Shown one piece after another: positions 1-9,970 of a stretch of 64,000 bases of DNA (its first letter is position 1; every line of letters starts with the position of its first letter). The notes beneath the pieces are model-generated. The model ran no database searches and was not told where the DNA came from. It saw nothing but the letters and a program-made list of their open reading frames with translations. Made by a program: the position numbers and the translations under genes. The DNA comes from an uncultured Hormoscilla sp. (GTDB lineage Bacteria > Cyanobacteriota > Cyanobacteriia > Cyanobacteriales > Desertifilaceae), in the NCBI GenBank assembly GCA_963921275.4, contig OZ001293.3:6080001-6144000 (forward strand), written 5' to 3'.

Positions 1-110
1 CGCGTTCAGACTACTGACGTTACTGGGGCCAGTTACTCGGAGGCTTTGATTATTAATGTGAACGATGTTGCTGAATCTCCTACCGACCTCAACTTCAGCA
101 ATACTCAATG
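1..110 (+). pseudogene. Cadherin-repeat protein fragment (runs off window start; degenerates after about nt 110)
   Basis: Frame 1 reads RVQTTDVTGASYSEALIINVNDVAESPTDLNFSN, a typical cadherin repeat end and linker; a second SPTDLEFSNSSI start occurs at 319-354. Confidence 0.6.
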
Positions 111-391
111 GCCCCTAACCCTCAACCCCCAACTCCTAACTCGATCGCGTAGCGTGCGCGCTGGACGCGATCGCGCTAGCAGGAGGTTTGAGTTCCGATT
201 TTTCCGGAACGGTAGATTTGGCGATCGTCTCTCAGGGCCTCGATACCTGGATTAACTTTGAAGGGGAAACCCTGCAGGGGATTTCAAAGATTTACGTGAG
301 CGATCAGAAGGGCACTCCTCTCCTACCGACCTAGAGTTCAGCAACAGCAGCATTGTCGTATTCGTGGGGACTTTCTGGCGGGTTTCTTAAT

Positions 392-1003
392 TCAAATTGG
401 CAACTTCATCTCGCGAATGGAATAATCCAACAATTCCATCGGATGCATCAGCGTCATTTCCTTTCCTTGCAAATGCTTCTTAATTTGCAAGGAACAACCG
501 GGGTTAGCAGAAGCTATTAACTCCGCACCCGTATTCAACAAATTTTTCACCTTTTGCTGTCCCAATTCATCGGCCACTTCTGGTTGCAGCATATTATAAA
601 CCCCCGCACTGCCACAGCACAAGGCTGCATCTAGGGGTTCCCGCAGCTTGACTCCCGGAATTTGCTGCAATAGCTGACGCGGTTGCACACTAATCTTTTG
701 TCCGTGCAATAAATGACAAGCATCTTGATATACTATTGTTAACTCTCCATCCTGCAATGGTGAAAGTTGCGCCGTCAATCCTACCTCTGCCAAAAACTCT
801 TGCACGTCCCTGACTTTACTGACAAATGCTTTCGCTTTTTCCCTATAATTGGGGTCATCTGCCAGCATATGTCCGTATTCTTTCAGGGTATGACCGCAAC
901 CTGCGGCATTAATGATTATATAATCTACTCCCGTCCCGGCAAAGCTGTCAATCATCTGTCTGGCCAAAGCTTGCGCCTGTATGGTCAAAACCCGTTGGTA
1001 CAC
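392..1003 (-). pseudogene. glcF: 5'-truncated glycolate oxidase Fe-S subunit (C-terminal CCG domains only)
   Basis: NAAGCG, YQDACHLLHGQ, CCGSAGVYN and NPGC motifs; the N-terminal 4Fe-4S half is absent and replaced by unrelated sequence upstream of about nt 985. Confidence 0.8.
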
Positions 1004-1246
1004 GGCTGGCGCCGCGCTGCGCGATCGGCCTCGCCTTCTGTGTCCCCGGTGAGGTTTCTTTTGGGTTTAAAACCTCTCCGTCGGGGTTTTAAACGGGTGT
1101 GGTCTTGCGCCCGTTCGCAACCGTTCACCGTTCTTTGTGAAGAGTTCCCCACTAATACAACTACTTTTGACCACATCCCGCGGCACGGCCAAAGCGATCG
1201 CAGCCATCACTTAAGTTGCCTTTAAAGCACACAAGGAGCTGATATT

Positions 1247-2191
1247 ATGAATCCAGGTCTTCAAAAATGGCACCAACACTACCAACCGATGATCGATTCT
1301 GGAACGATTCGCCCGGGCAACGAACCGAGAATTATAATACAGGAGAGCGAAGCAATCGTAGAGAATGCGGTGGTTTTAGTACATGGCTTAAGCGACTCTC
1401 CTTATTTTATGCAAGCGATCGGCAACAAATTCTACGATCTGGGGTTTAACGTGCTGATGCCTTTGATGCCCGGACATGGCATCAACTCATCTGAAGAGGC
1501 TGAGAAAAAAATGGATAACCTGGATATCAAGGATTGGTTTGCTGAAGTTGCCTTTGCTGTCGCTTGTGCCCGAGACCTGGGCCAGAAAGTCTCTATTGGC
1601 GGCCTATCCAATGGCGGACTGCTCAGCACCTATCATACCATTGTTGCTCCCCAGGAGATAACCGGAGGACTCTTTTTATTTTCCGCTGCCCTCGATATTG
1701 GCGATATTAAAGAAAATCTCCTCCGCGCCGATAATTTCCTGGTTTCCTTTGTACTGGAAACTGCGGAAAATATCCAAGAATCTGAAAGAGGACCGCTGGT
1801 CAACAACGAACTCAATCCCTATCGATATTCCTGGATTCCCATGAATGGTAACGTTCAACTCTCTGACTGTATTAAGGAAATCGAGAATTACTACGATCGC
1901 CATAATCAACCCAAATATAGCGATATCGAGCAGCCCGTCTTTGCTGCTCATTCTGAAAGTGACAAAGCTGCCAGCATTGCCGAAATTGAACTCTTGATCC
2001 GGAATCATCCTCAAAGCGAAACCAAAACCGAATTCTTTAGAATGAAGGAAAAATTCAACGTTCCCCATGCTAGCGTTGTTCTGGCCGAAAACCTCTATTC
2101 CCCCATGGGCGAACCTCAAGAAGGAAAAAATATCTTTTTTGACGACATGATGCAAGCAATGGAGCGGTTTATCGAAAAACATCTGCGATAA
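1247..2191 (+). CDS. Alpha/beta hydrolase (esterase/lipase-like)
   Basis: VHGLSDSP oxyanion motif, GLSNGG nucleophile elbow, downstream Asp and His; AGGAG RBS. Confidence 0.8.
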   Translation: MNPGLQKWHQHYQPMIDSGTIRPGNEPRIIIQESEAIVENAVVLVHGLSDSPYFMQAIGNKFYDLGFNVLMPLMPGHGINSSEEAEKKMDNLDIKDWFAEVAFAVACARDLGQKVSIGGLSNGGLLSTYHTIVAPQEITGGLFLFSAALDIGDIKENLLRADNFLVSFVLETAENIQESERGPLVNNELNPYRYSWIPMNGNVQLSDCIKEIENYYDRHNQPKYSDIEQPVFAAHSESDKAASIAEIELLIRNHPQSETKTEFFRMKEKFNVPHASVVLAENLYSPMGEPQEGKNIFFDDMMQAMERFIEKHLR

Positions 2192-2394
2192 GCAATTCCA
2201 AGTGCAAAATTGTCAATTTTGCATTTGGAAACCAGATTTTTTTGTCAAAACCTGGTTTATAGACGAGTAGTGAATCTGGCCGCAGCTAACATTTCGATGC
2301 ACCCAACGTAAGTTCTCGGTTCGGAGTTCTCGGTTCGGAGTTAGGGTGTATCTAGACTACTTGTCCGATTATTTACTTGGACTTCCCTACTAAT

Positions 2395-2898
2395 TCAACA
2401 AATGCTCGATCGCACCCCAATTACATCGTAGCGCACGTAATTCCCAAATTTTGTATTATTTGCCAAAATTAACTCAGTGATTTCAATCTCGTTAGCAGCG
2501 AGTTTGTTGCGGTCTTCTTCTTCAGGAAAGCAGCAGGAGAAAAAAACACGATGTAGCGTAAATCTTTCGGCCATTCCGAAATGTTTGATCGTCTGGGACA
2601 CAAAATCTAGATTACTGCGCCGATCGCGGACATCGAATTGTCGCAAACAAAGCAGGTTTTGAGCGAGCGCGGGCAGATGGGCATCAATGCAGACAATTTC
2701 TGCTTGGGGCGCGTAGAGTCCCAATACCGCTGAGGAAACGCCCACAAAAGTGCCAATTTCCAGAATGCTGCGAGGATTTTCTGCCTCTACTATGTTAACG
2801 ATCTCTTGGGCATCTTCAATTTTGATGGAGGCATTTTCTACAAATGCCCGATCGAGTCCTGGCTGAGTCAAAAAATCTATTGCTTGGGCGCGGGCCAA
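2395..2898 (-). pseudogene. Class I SAM-dependent methyltransferase fragment
   Basis: ILEIGTFVGVS motif I; no clear start and aberrant C-terminus. Confidence 0.55.
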
Positions 2899-2930
2899 CT
2901 AGCAGCGAGATCATCACTCCTCCTCGTTCT

Positions 2931-3683
2931 TTAAACTGTCAATAAGTGTAATAACAAAGTTTCCGTCCACTCCACAACAGCACCGTAGCTGTCCCCCGTA
3001 TGTCCTCCCAATTTGTGATTAAACCAGGCCCCGACCAGAAAGGCGATCGCCCCTGCTTCCAGCGCTATCCCTATTGCTTCGGATAGCTTTTCGGGTGCCA
3101 CGATCGCCTGCAGGCTGGTTAAACCCAGCAGCAAAACCAACATGGGGACGACATCCCCAACGGAACGAATTGCTTCTTTGTGAAAGGCGCCTTTACCCGT
3201 AGGTTTGAGGTAGGGATAGCGCAGAATTGCCAGCATCTGTCCCCAACGTCCCCAACCCGCGACCATTATTAATGCCAACCAGCGATCAGTCTCTATTTCC
3301 GTTAATGCGGCTGTTTTCAACAGGAGGATGCTAGCGCAGGCGATCGCTCCAAATGCTCCCGTGGCACTATCTGCCATCACCTGCAGACGCCGTCGGGGAT
3401 CTGTTAGCGCCAACCCATCTGCCGTATCCATCGCCCCATCCAAGTGCAGTCCTCCCGTTATCCCCACCCAGGCCACCACCACCAAAGCGCTACGACTCAA
3501 GACAGGCATTCCCAACATTGCTAAAAGCCCATCCAAAATGGCTAGTAAGCCACCAATTAATAGCCCGATCGCCGGGGCTAATTTTGCCACTCCCTGGAAT
3601 TCCAACGCCCAAGAACCTGGCACTGGCAGACAAGTATAGAAGGAGATCGCAGCTGCGATCGAGGTAATAAGCTTTGTCGCCAA
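2931..3683 (-). CDS. cobS: Adenosylcobinamide-GDP ribazoletransferase (cobalamin synthase)
   Basis: [25 protein letters not shown] and [10 protein letters not shown] motifs; hydrophobic protein. Confidence 0.95.
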   Translation of the reverse strand: MATKLITSIAAAISFYTCLPVPGSWALEFQGVAKLAPAIGLLIGGLLAILDGLLAMLGMPVLSRSALVVVAWVGITGGLHLDGAMDTADGLALTDPRRRLQVMADSATGAFGAIACASILLLKTAALTEIETDRWLALIMVAGWGRWGQMLAILRYPYLKPTGKGAFHKEAIRSVGDVVPMLVLLLGLTSLQAIVAPEKLSEAIGIALEAGAIAFLVGAWFNHKLGGHTGDSYGAVVEWTETLLLHLLTV

Positions 3684-3797
3684 AATTGACCCTCCAAATG
3701 TTAGTTATCAGATTTGTCATCAGCAAGCTTTGGGAGCAGATTTAAATGAATAAGATTATAAGCTGAAGAGGTCCGATGTAGCAGAAAAATAGGAGAT

Positions 3798-5183
3798 ATG
3801 TCACAAATACTGAGGCAGGGTGTCACGATCGCAGGAGTGGCCACAGCAGTTGTCCCGGAACAGGGTAGTATAGGCATTGTGCGGGTGTCCGGACCAGAGG
3901 CGATCGCCATTGCCCGCACCCTCTTCCAAGCATCGGGAAAACAAGCTTGGGAAACTCACCGCATCCTCTATGGTTACCTGCGCCATCCCCAGACGAGACA
4001 GCTGGTAGACGAAGCCTTGTTACTAATTATGAAGGCTCCAAGATCCTATACCCGGGAAGATGTGATCGAATTCCACTGTCACGGTGGCATGATAGTGGTA
4101 CAGCAAGTCTTGCAACTGTGTTTAGAACAGGGGGCCCAACTGGCGCAACCGGGAGAATTCACCCTGAGAGCATTTTTGCACGGACGCCTGGATTTAACTC
4201 AAGCCGAGAGTATAGCTGACTTAGTGGGGGCCCGATCGCCCGAGGCGGCCCAAAGAGCTTTAGCTGGTAGCATGGGTAAATTAGCCCAACCCATCCGGAA
4301 ATTACGGAGTCGCTGTTTGGATATTCTCGCTCAAATAGAAGCCCGGATAGATTTTGACGAAGATTTACCGCCCTTGGATGAAGCAGCGGTAATTGCTAGC
4401 ATTGAGGAGATGGTAGCAGAGTTAACCGATATTCTCGCAACAGCAGATCGAGGGGAATTATTGCGCAAAGGGCTCAAGGTTGCTATTGTCGGACGCCCCA
4501 ACGTGGGAAAATCTAGTTTGTTGAATGCTTGGAGTCGGAGCGATCGGGCGATCGTCACCGACTTGCCCGGTACTACCCGGGATGTGGTAGAATCTCAGCT
4601 AGTAGTGCGGGGAATTCCCGTCCAAGTGCTGGATACAGCCGGTATCAGGGATACAGCCGATCGGGTGGAGAAAATCGGCGTGGAACGAGCGTGCATCGCC
4701 GCCAAAACAGCCGATCTAGTCTTGCTCACCATAGACGCGGAAGCGGGATGGACGCCAGGGGATGAGGTAGTTTACTCCCAGGTAGGCGATCGACCCTTAA
4801 TTCTGGTCATCAACAAAATTGACCTGGTAGAAACAATTGATAAATTATCCTACCCCAAGACTATTACTCGCGCAGTAGCCACCGCCGCCACCCAGAATCA
4901 GGGAATTGCCGATTTAGAACAAGCGATCTCGGAAGCTGTTAATGCTGGTAATATCAAAGCAGCTAACTTAGATTTCACCATTAATCAACGCCAAGAAGCT
5001 GCCTTGAATAAAGGTAAAACTTCCTTGCAACAAGTCAAAGCTACCATAGCAGAGCAATTACCGCTAGATTTTTGGACCATTGACTTACGAGGGGCAATTC
5101 ACGCCCTCTCAGAAGTGACCGGTGAAGAAGTAACTGAATCTATGCTCGATCGCATCTTTAGTCGGTTTTGTATTGGCAAATAG
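3798..5183 (+). CDS. mnmE: tRNA modification GTPase MnmE/TrmE
   Basis: [22 protein letters not shown] and C-terminal FCIGK. Confidence 0.98.
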   Translation: MSQILRQGVTIAGVATAVVPEQGSIGIVRVSGPEAIAIARTLFQASGKQAWETHRILYGYLRHPQTRQLVDEALLLIMKAPRSYTREDVIEFHCHGGMIVVQQVLQLCLEQGAQLAQPGEFTLRAFLHGRLDLTQAESIADLVGARSPEAAQRALAGSMGKLAQPIRKLRSRCLDILAQIEARIDFDEDLPPLDEAAVIASIEEMVAELTDILATADRGELLRKGLKVAIVGRPNVGKSSLLNAWSRSDRAIVTDLPGTTRDVVESQLVVRGIPVQVLDTAGIRDTADRVEKIGVERACIAAKTADLVLLTIDAEAGWTPGDEVVYSQVGDRPLILVINKIDLVETIDKLSYPKTITRAVATAATQNQGIADLEQAISEAVNAGNIKAANLDFTINQRQEAALNKGKTSLQQVKATIAEQLPLDFWTIDLRGAIHALSEVTGEEVTESMLDRIFSRFCIGK

Positions 5184-5234
5184 CTCCCTGACCTTAGCTA
5201 TCATTGTACTACTCGCTGGTGATGAGGCAGGCTC

Positions 5235-5879
5235 GTGAACAAGCAACGATCGATTAAAGTTAGTGAATCCCCTGATAATCAATCGATCACAAAGAAATAT
5301 GAAAAATACAGCGTCACGGGATTTTATCAGCACTTTGGGGATGATTACAGGAATCCTCACGAACCTGCGATTAACAGGATGATTCAAGTTGCTGTCCAGA
5401 AATGGCCCCTGGATTTGCATAAGGTATTAGACTTAGCTTGTGGCAGCGGGGAAGTTACTTTAGCCCTAAATAATTTGGGATATGATAACATAGATGGCAT
5501 CGATCCATATACATATAATGCTTATAGCCAACGCACGGGGAAAGCAGCAGAAACATACAGTTTTGAAGATATTGGCAATGGAATACTCTGGGGGAGATAT
5601 TATAGTTTAATTATTTGTAGCTTTGCTTTGCATTTGCTGAGTGAATCCCGTCTGCCTATAGTAGCATATCACCTGAGTACGATCGCCGATTCTCTAGTGA
5701 TTATCACCCCTCACAAGCGCCCTCACTTGAAACCGGAATGGGGATGGCAGTACCGGGATGAACTGGTATTAGACTTCGTTGCGGACCAGTATTTGCATCA
5801 AGTCCATTTTTATCCGTGGCTTATCGTATGCTTGGGATTGAGTTTGGACTTGGGGCGTCTTCTTTGTCACCGGTATTGA
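5235..5879 (+). CDS. Class I SAM-dependent methyltransferase (C-terminus probably altered after about nt 5775)
   Basis: VLDLACGSGE and SFALH motifs; the tail overlaps an unrelated minus-strand fragment. Confidence 0.75.
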   Translation: MNKQRSIKVSESPDNQSITKKYEKYSVTGFYQHFGDDYRNPHEPAINRMIQVAVQKWPLDLHKVLDLACGSGEVTLALNNLGYDNIDGIDPYTYNAYSQRTGKAAETYSFEDIGNGILWGRYYSLIICSFALHLLSESRLPIVAYHLSTIADSLVIITPHKRPHLKPEWGWQYRDELVLDFVADQYLHQVHFYPWLIVCLGLSLDLGRLLCHRY

Positions 5880-5963
5880 CCGAACCGCCGTCCGTTGCAG
5901 TATCCCACTGTTGGTGTTCTTCTCGGGGGACTGGTTGCTTCTCTGAACATATTGACGAGTCAT
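5769..5963 (-). pseudogene. N-terminal leader fragment resembling cyanobacterial DUF4157-type proteins
   Basis: SGILQRTAVRSIP...MDLMQI resembles the leader of such proteins; has a GGAG RBS; truncated. Confidence 0.35.
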
Positions 5964-6259
5964 AATTCTGTTCTCCTTTTTTCTATTCTACCTCTTGCAT
6001 CCGTTTCTTACCATGGCAATCGCCCGCTCCTTATTTGTTTTGTGGCCTCTCTATTTTATTTCCTAACGCTATCTTTATTCTTGCATCGTTTTACTGAATT
6101 CCTGTAGACTTTTTCCTAATTTTTTTCCTCTTCCCCGAAGGGGGCAAGGGATTGAGCCGATTTTTTGATCGACTCAATCCTTTGCCAATTAAAGGTTTGA
6201 CTGATTTTTAGCCTATCGTATCAAACCCTGAGGTCTAAGGCATTCTAGCTTCCATTTAA

Positions 6260-6736
6260 CTAGACATAACCAGTGCCAGCGTGAAGATTAAGGGCATAAT
6301 CTCGATAACGTTCCAAATCTGCCTGGAGGGTGGATTCTACAATTTGACCCAGAAATAGGTTATCCATCACTGGACCGAGAATGCCAGGAATAGCGTAAGC
6401 AACGGTTAGCTTCACGATACTGCTGCCGTGACGGTCATAAAAACGCACGGCCCCTCGGTTAGGCAAGCCATTCACTGATTCCCACTGAATAATCTGCTGT
6501 GGCACTACCTTCACTATGCGAGACAACCAACTGAATTGGAAGGCCCCTGAAGCCAGTTTCCATTTGGATAACTCTCGATTCTCCTCTAGTATCTGAACCG
6601 AATCAATCCATTTCATCCAGCGGGGCATCTGTTCTATATCAGACCAGAGGTGCCAGGCTAACTCAATGGGAACCTCTACCTGTATTTGTACAGTATGTTC
6701 TAACCAATCTGCCATCTTGCTAATTGGGCGTTGCAC
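6260..6736 (-). CDS. SRPBCC/polyketide cyclase family protein (zds neighbour)
   Basis: WLEHTVQIQVEVP...WSDIEQMPRWMKWI...GLPNRGAVRF; probable start at MADWLE. Confidence 0.9.
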   Translation of the reverse strand: MQRPISKMADWLEHTVQIQVEVPIELAWHLWSDIEQMPRWMKWIDSVQILEENRELSKWKLASGAFQFSWLSRIVKVVPQQIIQWESVNGLPNRGAVRFYDRHGSSIVKLTVAYAIPGILGPVMDNLFLGQIVESTLQADLERYRDYALNLHAGTGYV

Positions 6737-6912
6737 AACAACGGGATGATAAGGGTTGAAAATTGTTAATTGTCAATGGTCAATTGAAATAGTTATAGAT
6801 GTTCATAAATAGAAAAATAACCCCTTGGCAATTTTCCTCGTTCCCTGGGGACCGCCTGGGAACGGAAATTCAAGACCATTGACTGCTATCATGCCAAAAA
6901 TGTGCAACGCCG

Positions 6913-8352
6913 CTAATTGTTTATTGCTGCTAAAATTGCTTTTGCAGCTTGACGTCCGGAGAGAGTAGCACCTTCCATGCTGTCGATGTAGTCTTGCTGG
7001 GTGTAGCTACCGGCCAGGAAAAAGTTAGCTACTGGGGTTTGCTGCGGTGGCCGATAGGGATCCATGCCAGGAGCTTCCCGGTAAAGAGATTGAGCAAGCT
7101 TGACTACACTATACCAAGTCATGTTTAATTCCCGTGCGGAAGGGAATAGATCCTGGACTTGCTCGAGCACATGCTGGGCGATCACCTCATTACTCTGTTT
7201 GATAAACGGATCTCCGGGCGTCAAGACTAGCTGCAACAGAGAACCTTGCCCCGGACGATAATAATCTTTGGGGCTAGCTAAGGCCAAGTCCGCAAAACAG
7301 GAGAAGTCCGCATCCGGAGTATAAAGCAAATTATCCATGCCTGCGGCCTCGCGAAGTTGCTGGCGCTTTTCGGCGTCATGCAACTCCGTCACCCAACCAT
7401 CAAACCTCAGCTGTACTGTGGCGACTGGCACCGTGTCTAGTTTATAGATCCGATCGAAGGAAGGCCATTTGCGCCATTCTGAGGGTAAAAGTCGCTGAGT
7501 GCCGGGGACATCCCCCGCACAGACATAAGCATCAGCAGTTATAGTTTCTTTTGTCTCCCCTCGCGCAACCACGATCCCAGTTACCGAAGTCCGTCCTTCC
7601 TCTTCAGCAAACAGAATTTCCCGGACCCGGCGGCGGGTGTAGATTTTCGTGCCTCGCGCTTCCAGATAGTTCAATATCGGTTTGTGCAGGTATTCATCGG
7701 GGGAACCTGCCAGCATCCGCAAGACCGACGCTTCGCTTTTTGCCGCAAATAGCTGGAAGATCGTCAGCATGCAACGGGCCGAAATATTTTCCGTGTCGAT
7801 GAAACCCAGCGCATAGGCGATCGGGTTCCACATCCGCTTCAGGCTACCGGACGATCCTCCTTGCTTGCGGAACCAGTCAGCAAAGCTGAGGCGATCCAAA
7901 TCCCGGATCGTTTTCATCGCTCCAGTAAAGTCTACCAAACCCCGCACGATCGGGCTAGTCCCCAGAGCGATCGCATTTTGCAGCTTGTCGAGTAATGACA
8001 GCTGAGACGTGGTAAAAAATGCCTTAAGTCCGTTAAAAGGCGCACCTGTAAAGAAGCGAAAATCCAATGCGCCTATCTTACCTCCCCGGTTAACGAAGGT
8101 ATGGATATGTTCTTTCAGAAGCAGATTTTCCAATGCCCCCACCTTCTGCATCAGATCGAATAGCTGATAGTAGCAACCGAAGAATACATGTAAACCCATT
8201 TCCACATGGTTCCCCGACTCATCAACCCAGCTACCTACCTTCCCCCCCACAAAGGGACGAGATTCAAATATTTCCACTTCATGGCCGGCATCTGCTAATT
8301 CTACCGCCGTCGCCATGCCTGCTAGTCCTGCCCCTACTATTGCCACCCGCAT
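6913..8352 (-). CDS. zds: Zeta-carotene desaturase (CrtQ)
   Basis: GAGLAG FAD motif, [27 protein letters not shown]. Confidence 0.97.
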   Translation of the reverse strand: MRVAIVGAGLAGMATAVELADAGHEVEIFESRPFVGGKVGSWVDESGNHVEMGLHVFFGCYYQLFDLMQKVGALENLLLKEHIHTFVNRGGKIGALDFRFFTGAPFNGLKAFFTTSQLSLLDKLQNAIALGTSPIVRGLVDFTGAMKTIRDLDRLSFADWFRKQGGSSGSLKRMWNPIAYALGFIDTENISARCMLTIFQLFAAKSEASVLRMLAGSPDEYLHKPILNYLEARGTKIYTRRRVREILFAEEEGRTSVTGIVVARGETKETITADAYVCAGDVPGTQRLLPSEWRKWPSFDRIYKLDTVPVATVQLRFDGWVTELHDAEKRQQLREAAGMDNLLYTPDADFSCFADLALASPKDYYRPGQGSLLQLVLTPGDPFIKQSNEVIAQHVLEQVQDLFPSARELNMTWYSVVKLAQSLYREAPGMDPYRPPQQTPVANFFLAGSYTQQDYIDSMEGATLSGRQAAKAILAAINN

Positions 8353-8488
8353 GTTCTTTTTCCCTATCTATTTCCTTGCTTATATTCTGACATCTGCTCA
8401 GCCCTAGCACTGCTTGCGCTTTTTCTCAAGAAATTTATTTTCATTCTTTTCCGCCTCCCAAAGCGCCTATCATACCCTTCCTAGGGTA

Positions 8489-8610
8489 TATAGCAAGCCG
8501 TGCAGGAGTTGTGCAACTGAGTTAATTTAAATGAAATCCTTACAAGGATTGCGGTTTCCGCCGCGTTCGCCCCTGCCGAAAATTTACACAAATGATTTAG
8601 GTTCGCTATA
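8489..8610. mobile_element. MITE-like element with TATAGC...GCTATA ends
   Basis: Short inverted ends, 122 bp, intergenic. Confidence 0.45.
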
Positions 8611-8615
8611 TTATT

Positions 8616-8981
8616 TCAGGCAATTACCATTGCCATTTGTATTCCCCTTTTAATTCTCTCTAGATACTGCCTACTTATTTTACCGTATGGACCGCGTTCC
8701 AGATAGATTTTGCGCAAGGCCGAAACATTTTCACATACAGCAAGGGAATCTGTTTCCAATCCACCCTCTCCTGCGGCAATTAGAATGCGTGTGGGATTTT
8801 CGCCGCCAGCGATCTCACTTGTGAAAGGAACAACTATAACAGAGTCGCTCAACTCATCTCTGGTATTCATAGAAACCACAACTACCGGGCGTTTTTTGGT
8901 GTCATCCAGCTGACGTAATGCTCTCGATAGGTAGATTTCACCTTGGCGTGGATAGCTTCCACTTGTTTGATTAGAGTCCAT
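8616..8981 (-). CDS. PemK/MazF family toxin
   Basis: PRQGEIY, KKRPVVVVS, VIVVPFTS and GGLETDSLAVCE motifs. Confidence 0.9.
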   Translation of the reverse strand: MDSNQTSGSYPRQGEIYLSRALRQLDDTKKRPVVVVSMNTRDELSDSVIVVPFTSEIAGGENPTRILIAAGEGGLETDSLAVCENVSALRKIYLERGPYGKISRQYLERIKRGIQMAMVIA

Positions 8982-9219
8982 CAGCGTTCCACACTTCTTC
9001 TATCTGATCTTCTACAAACTCTAACCACTCTTGTTCATCTTCAATGTCTGACTTCGGACGATTTTCGTAAAATGAACGCACTTGTTCTTCTATTTGTTTA
9101 ACATACTACAACTGCAATCCTGCTTCGAACGCCTGAGTCCGGTTATCTGTGATTTGGTCGATTTTCTTTAGAATTTCCCTATCAACCTTGACTGATATTT
9201 GTTCTTTTTCGGTTAGCAT
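8971..9219 (-). pseudogene. Cognate antitoxin with an internal TAG at 9106-9108
   Basis: MLTEKEQISVKVDREILKKIDQ...LQL*YVKQIEEQVRSFYENR...WNADGL; RHH-like N-terminus, acidic C-terminus, overlaps the toxin start. Confidence 0.8.
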
Positions 9220-9363
9220 GGCACCTTGTTTCATCTTCTCTTCTACATCCTCTCCTCTAATGACTAGCGTTCCACTGGCAATATCTTTCCGATCGCCCTC
9301 AAAGCTGGCTATCTTTTTCCCCACCATACCCTGCACGGCCCGAAACTGGCCCATTTTGTTCTC

Positions 9364-9690
9364 TTAAATCCTTTTTCTCAGGTTTTTGACTAAGTTAGGA
9401 TAAAGTTTAGTTAATGTTTCCTGTTTCGGCTCATCTTCTACCAGTGAATCTTCGCTTGCTGATATTTCCGTCACTACCGCATCTGTGATATCTGGATAAT
9501 ATGCGCACCAATTGCTAATTGCATCCGCCACTTCCTGATTTGACGCCTTTTTTAAATCTGCCATCAGATCATCCAGTTCCCCTATCGCTTCAACCACCTC
9601 AACCTCTTCAAATAATTCTGGTTGCCATTCAAATACTCGCAGAAACGCTGCAATAAATTCTTCATCTTCTGTCATTGCTAACTTCTCCAT
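9364..9690 (-). CDS. Hypothetical acidic protein
   Basis: 108-aa ORF with GAGG RBS. Confidence 0.6.
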   Translation of the reverse strand: MEKLAMTEDEEFIAAFLRVFEWQPELFEEVEVVEAIGELDDLMADLKKASNQEVADAISNWCAYYPDITDAVVTEISASEDSLVEDEPKQETLTKLYPNLVKNLRKRI

Positions 9691-9751
9691 TTTTCCTCAT
9701 GGTTGTTTTCAGTATTTCCTGGTTTGGAGCCTGTTCATAGCATTCTCTAAT

Positions 9752-9852
9752 TATAGCATTTCTCGAAATTATGAGGTACAGCCGCCAGTGATGAAAACCA
9801 GTGATGGCAATGCTTTCACTGTACCTCACCTTATTTATTGAAAAATGCTATA
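9752..9852. mobile_element. MITE with TATAGCATTT(C/T)TC inverted ends
   Basis: 13-bp near-perfect terminal inverted repeats plus an internal inverted pair TGAGGTACAG/CTGTACCTCA. Confidence 0.65.
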
Positions 9853-9970
9853 TTTTTGCTCTCATATCACCTGCTCTAGGGCCTACTGACAACTCACTAC
9901 TCACTACTGACAAGCTCCCCTGTAGTCATCAGTTGTTATTATAGCATAACTAACAACTAGCAACCACAGA

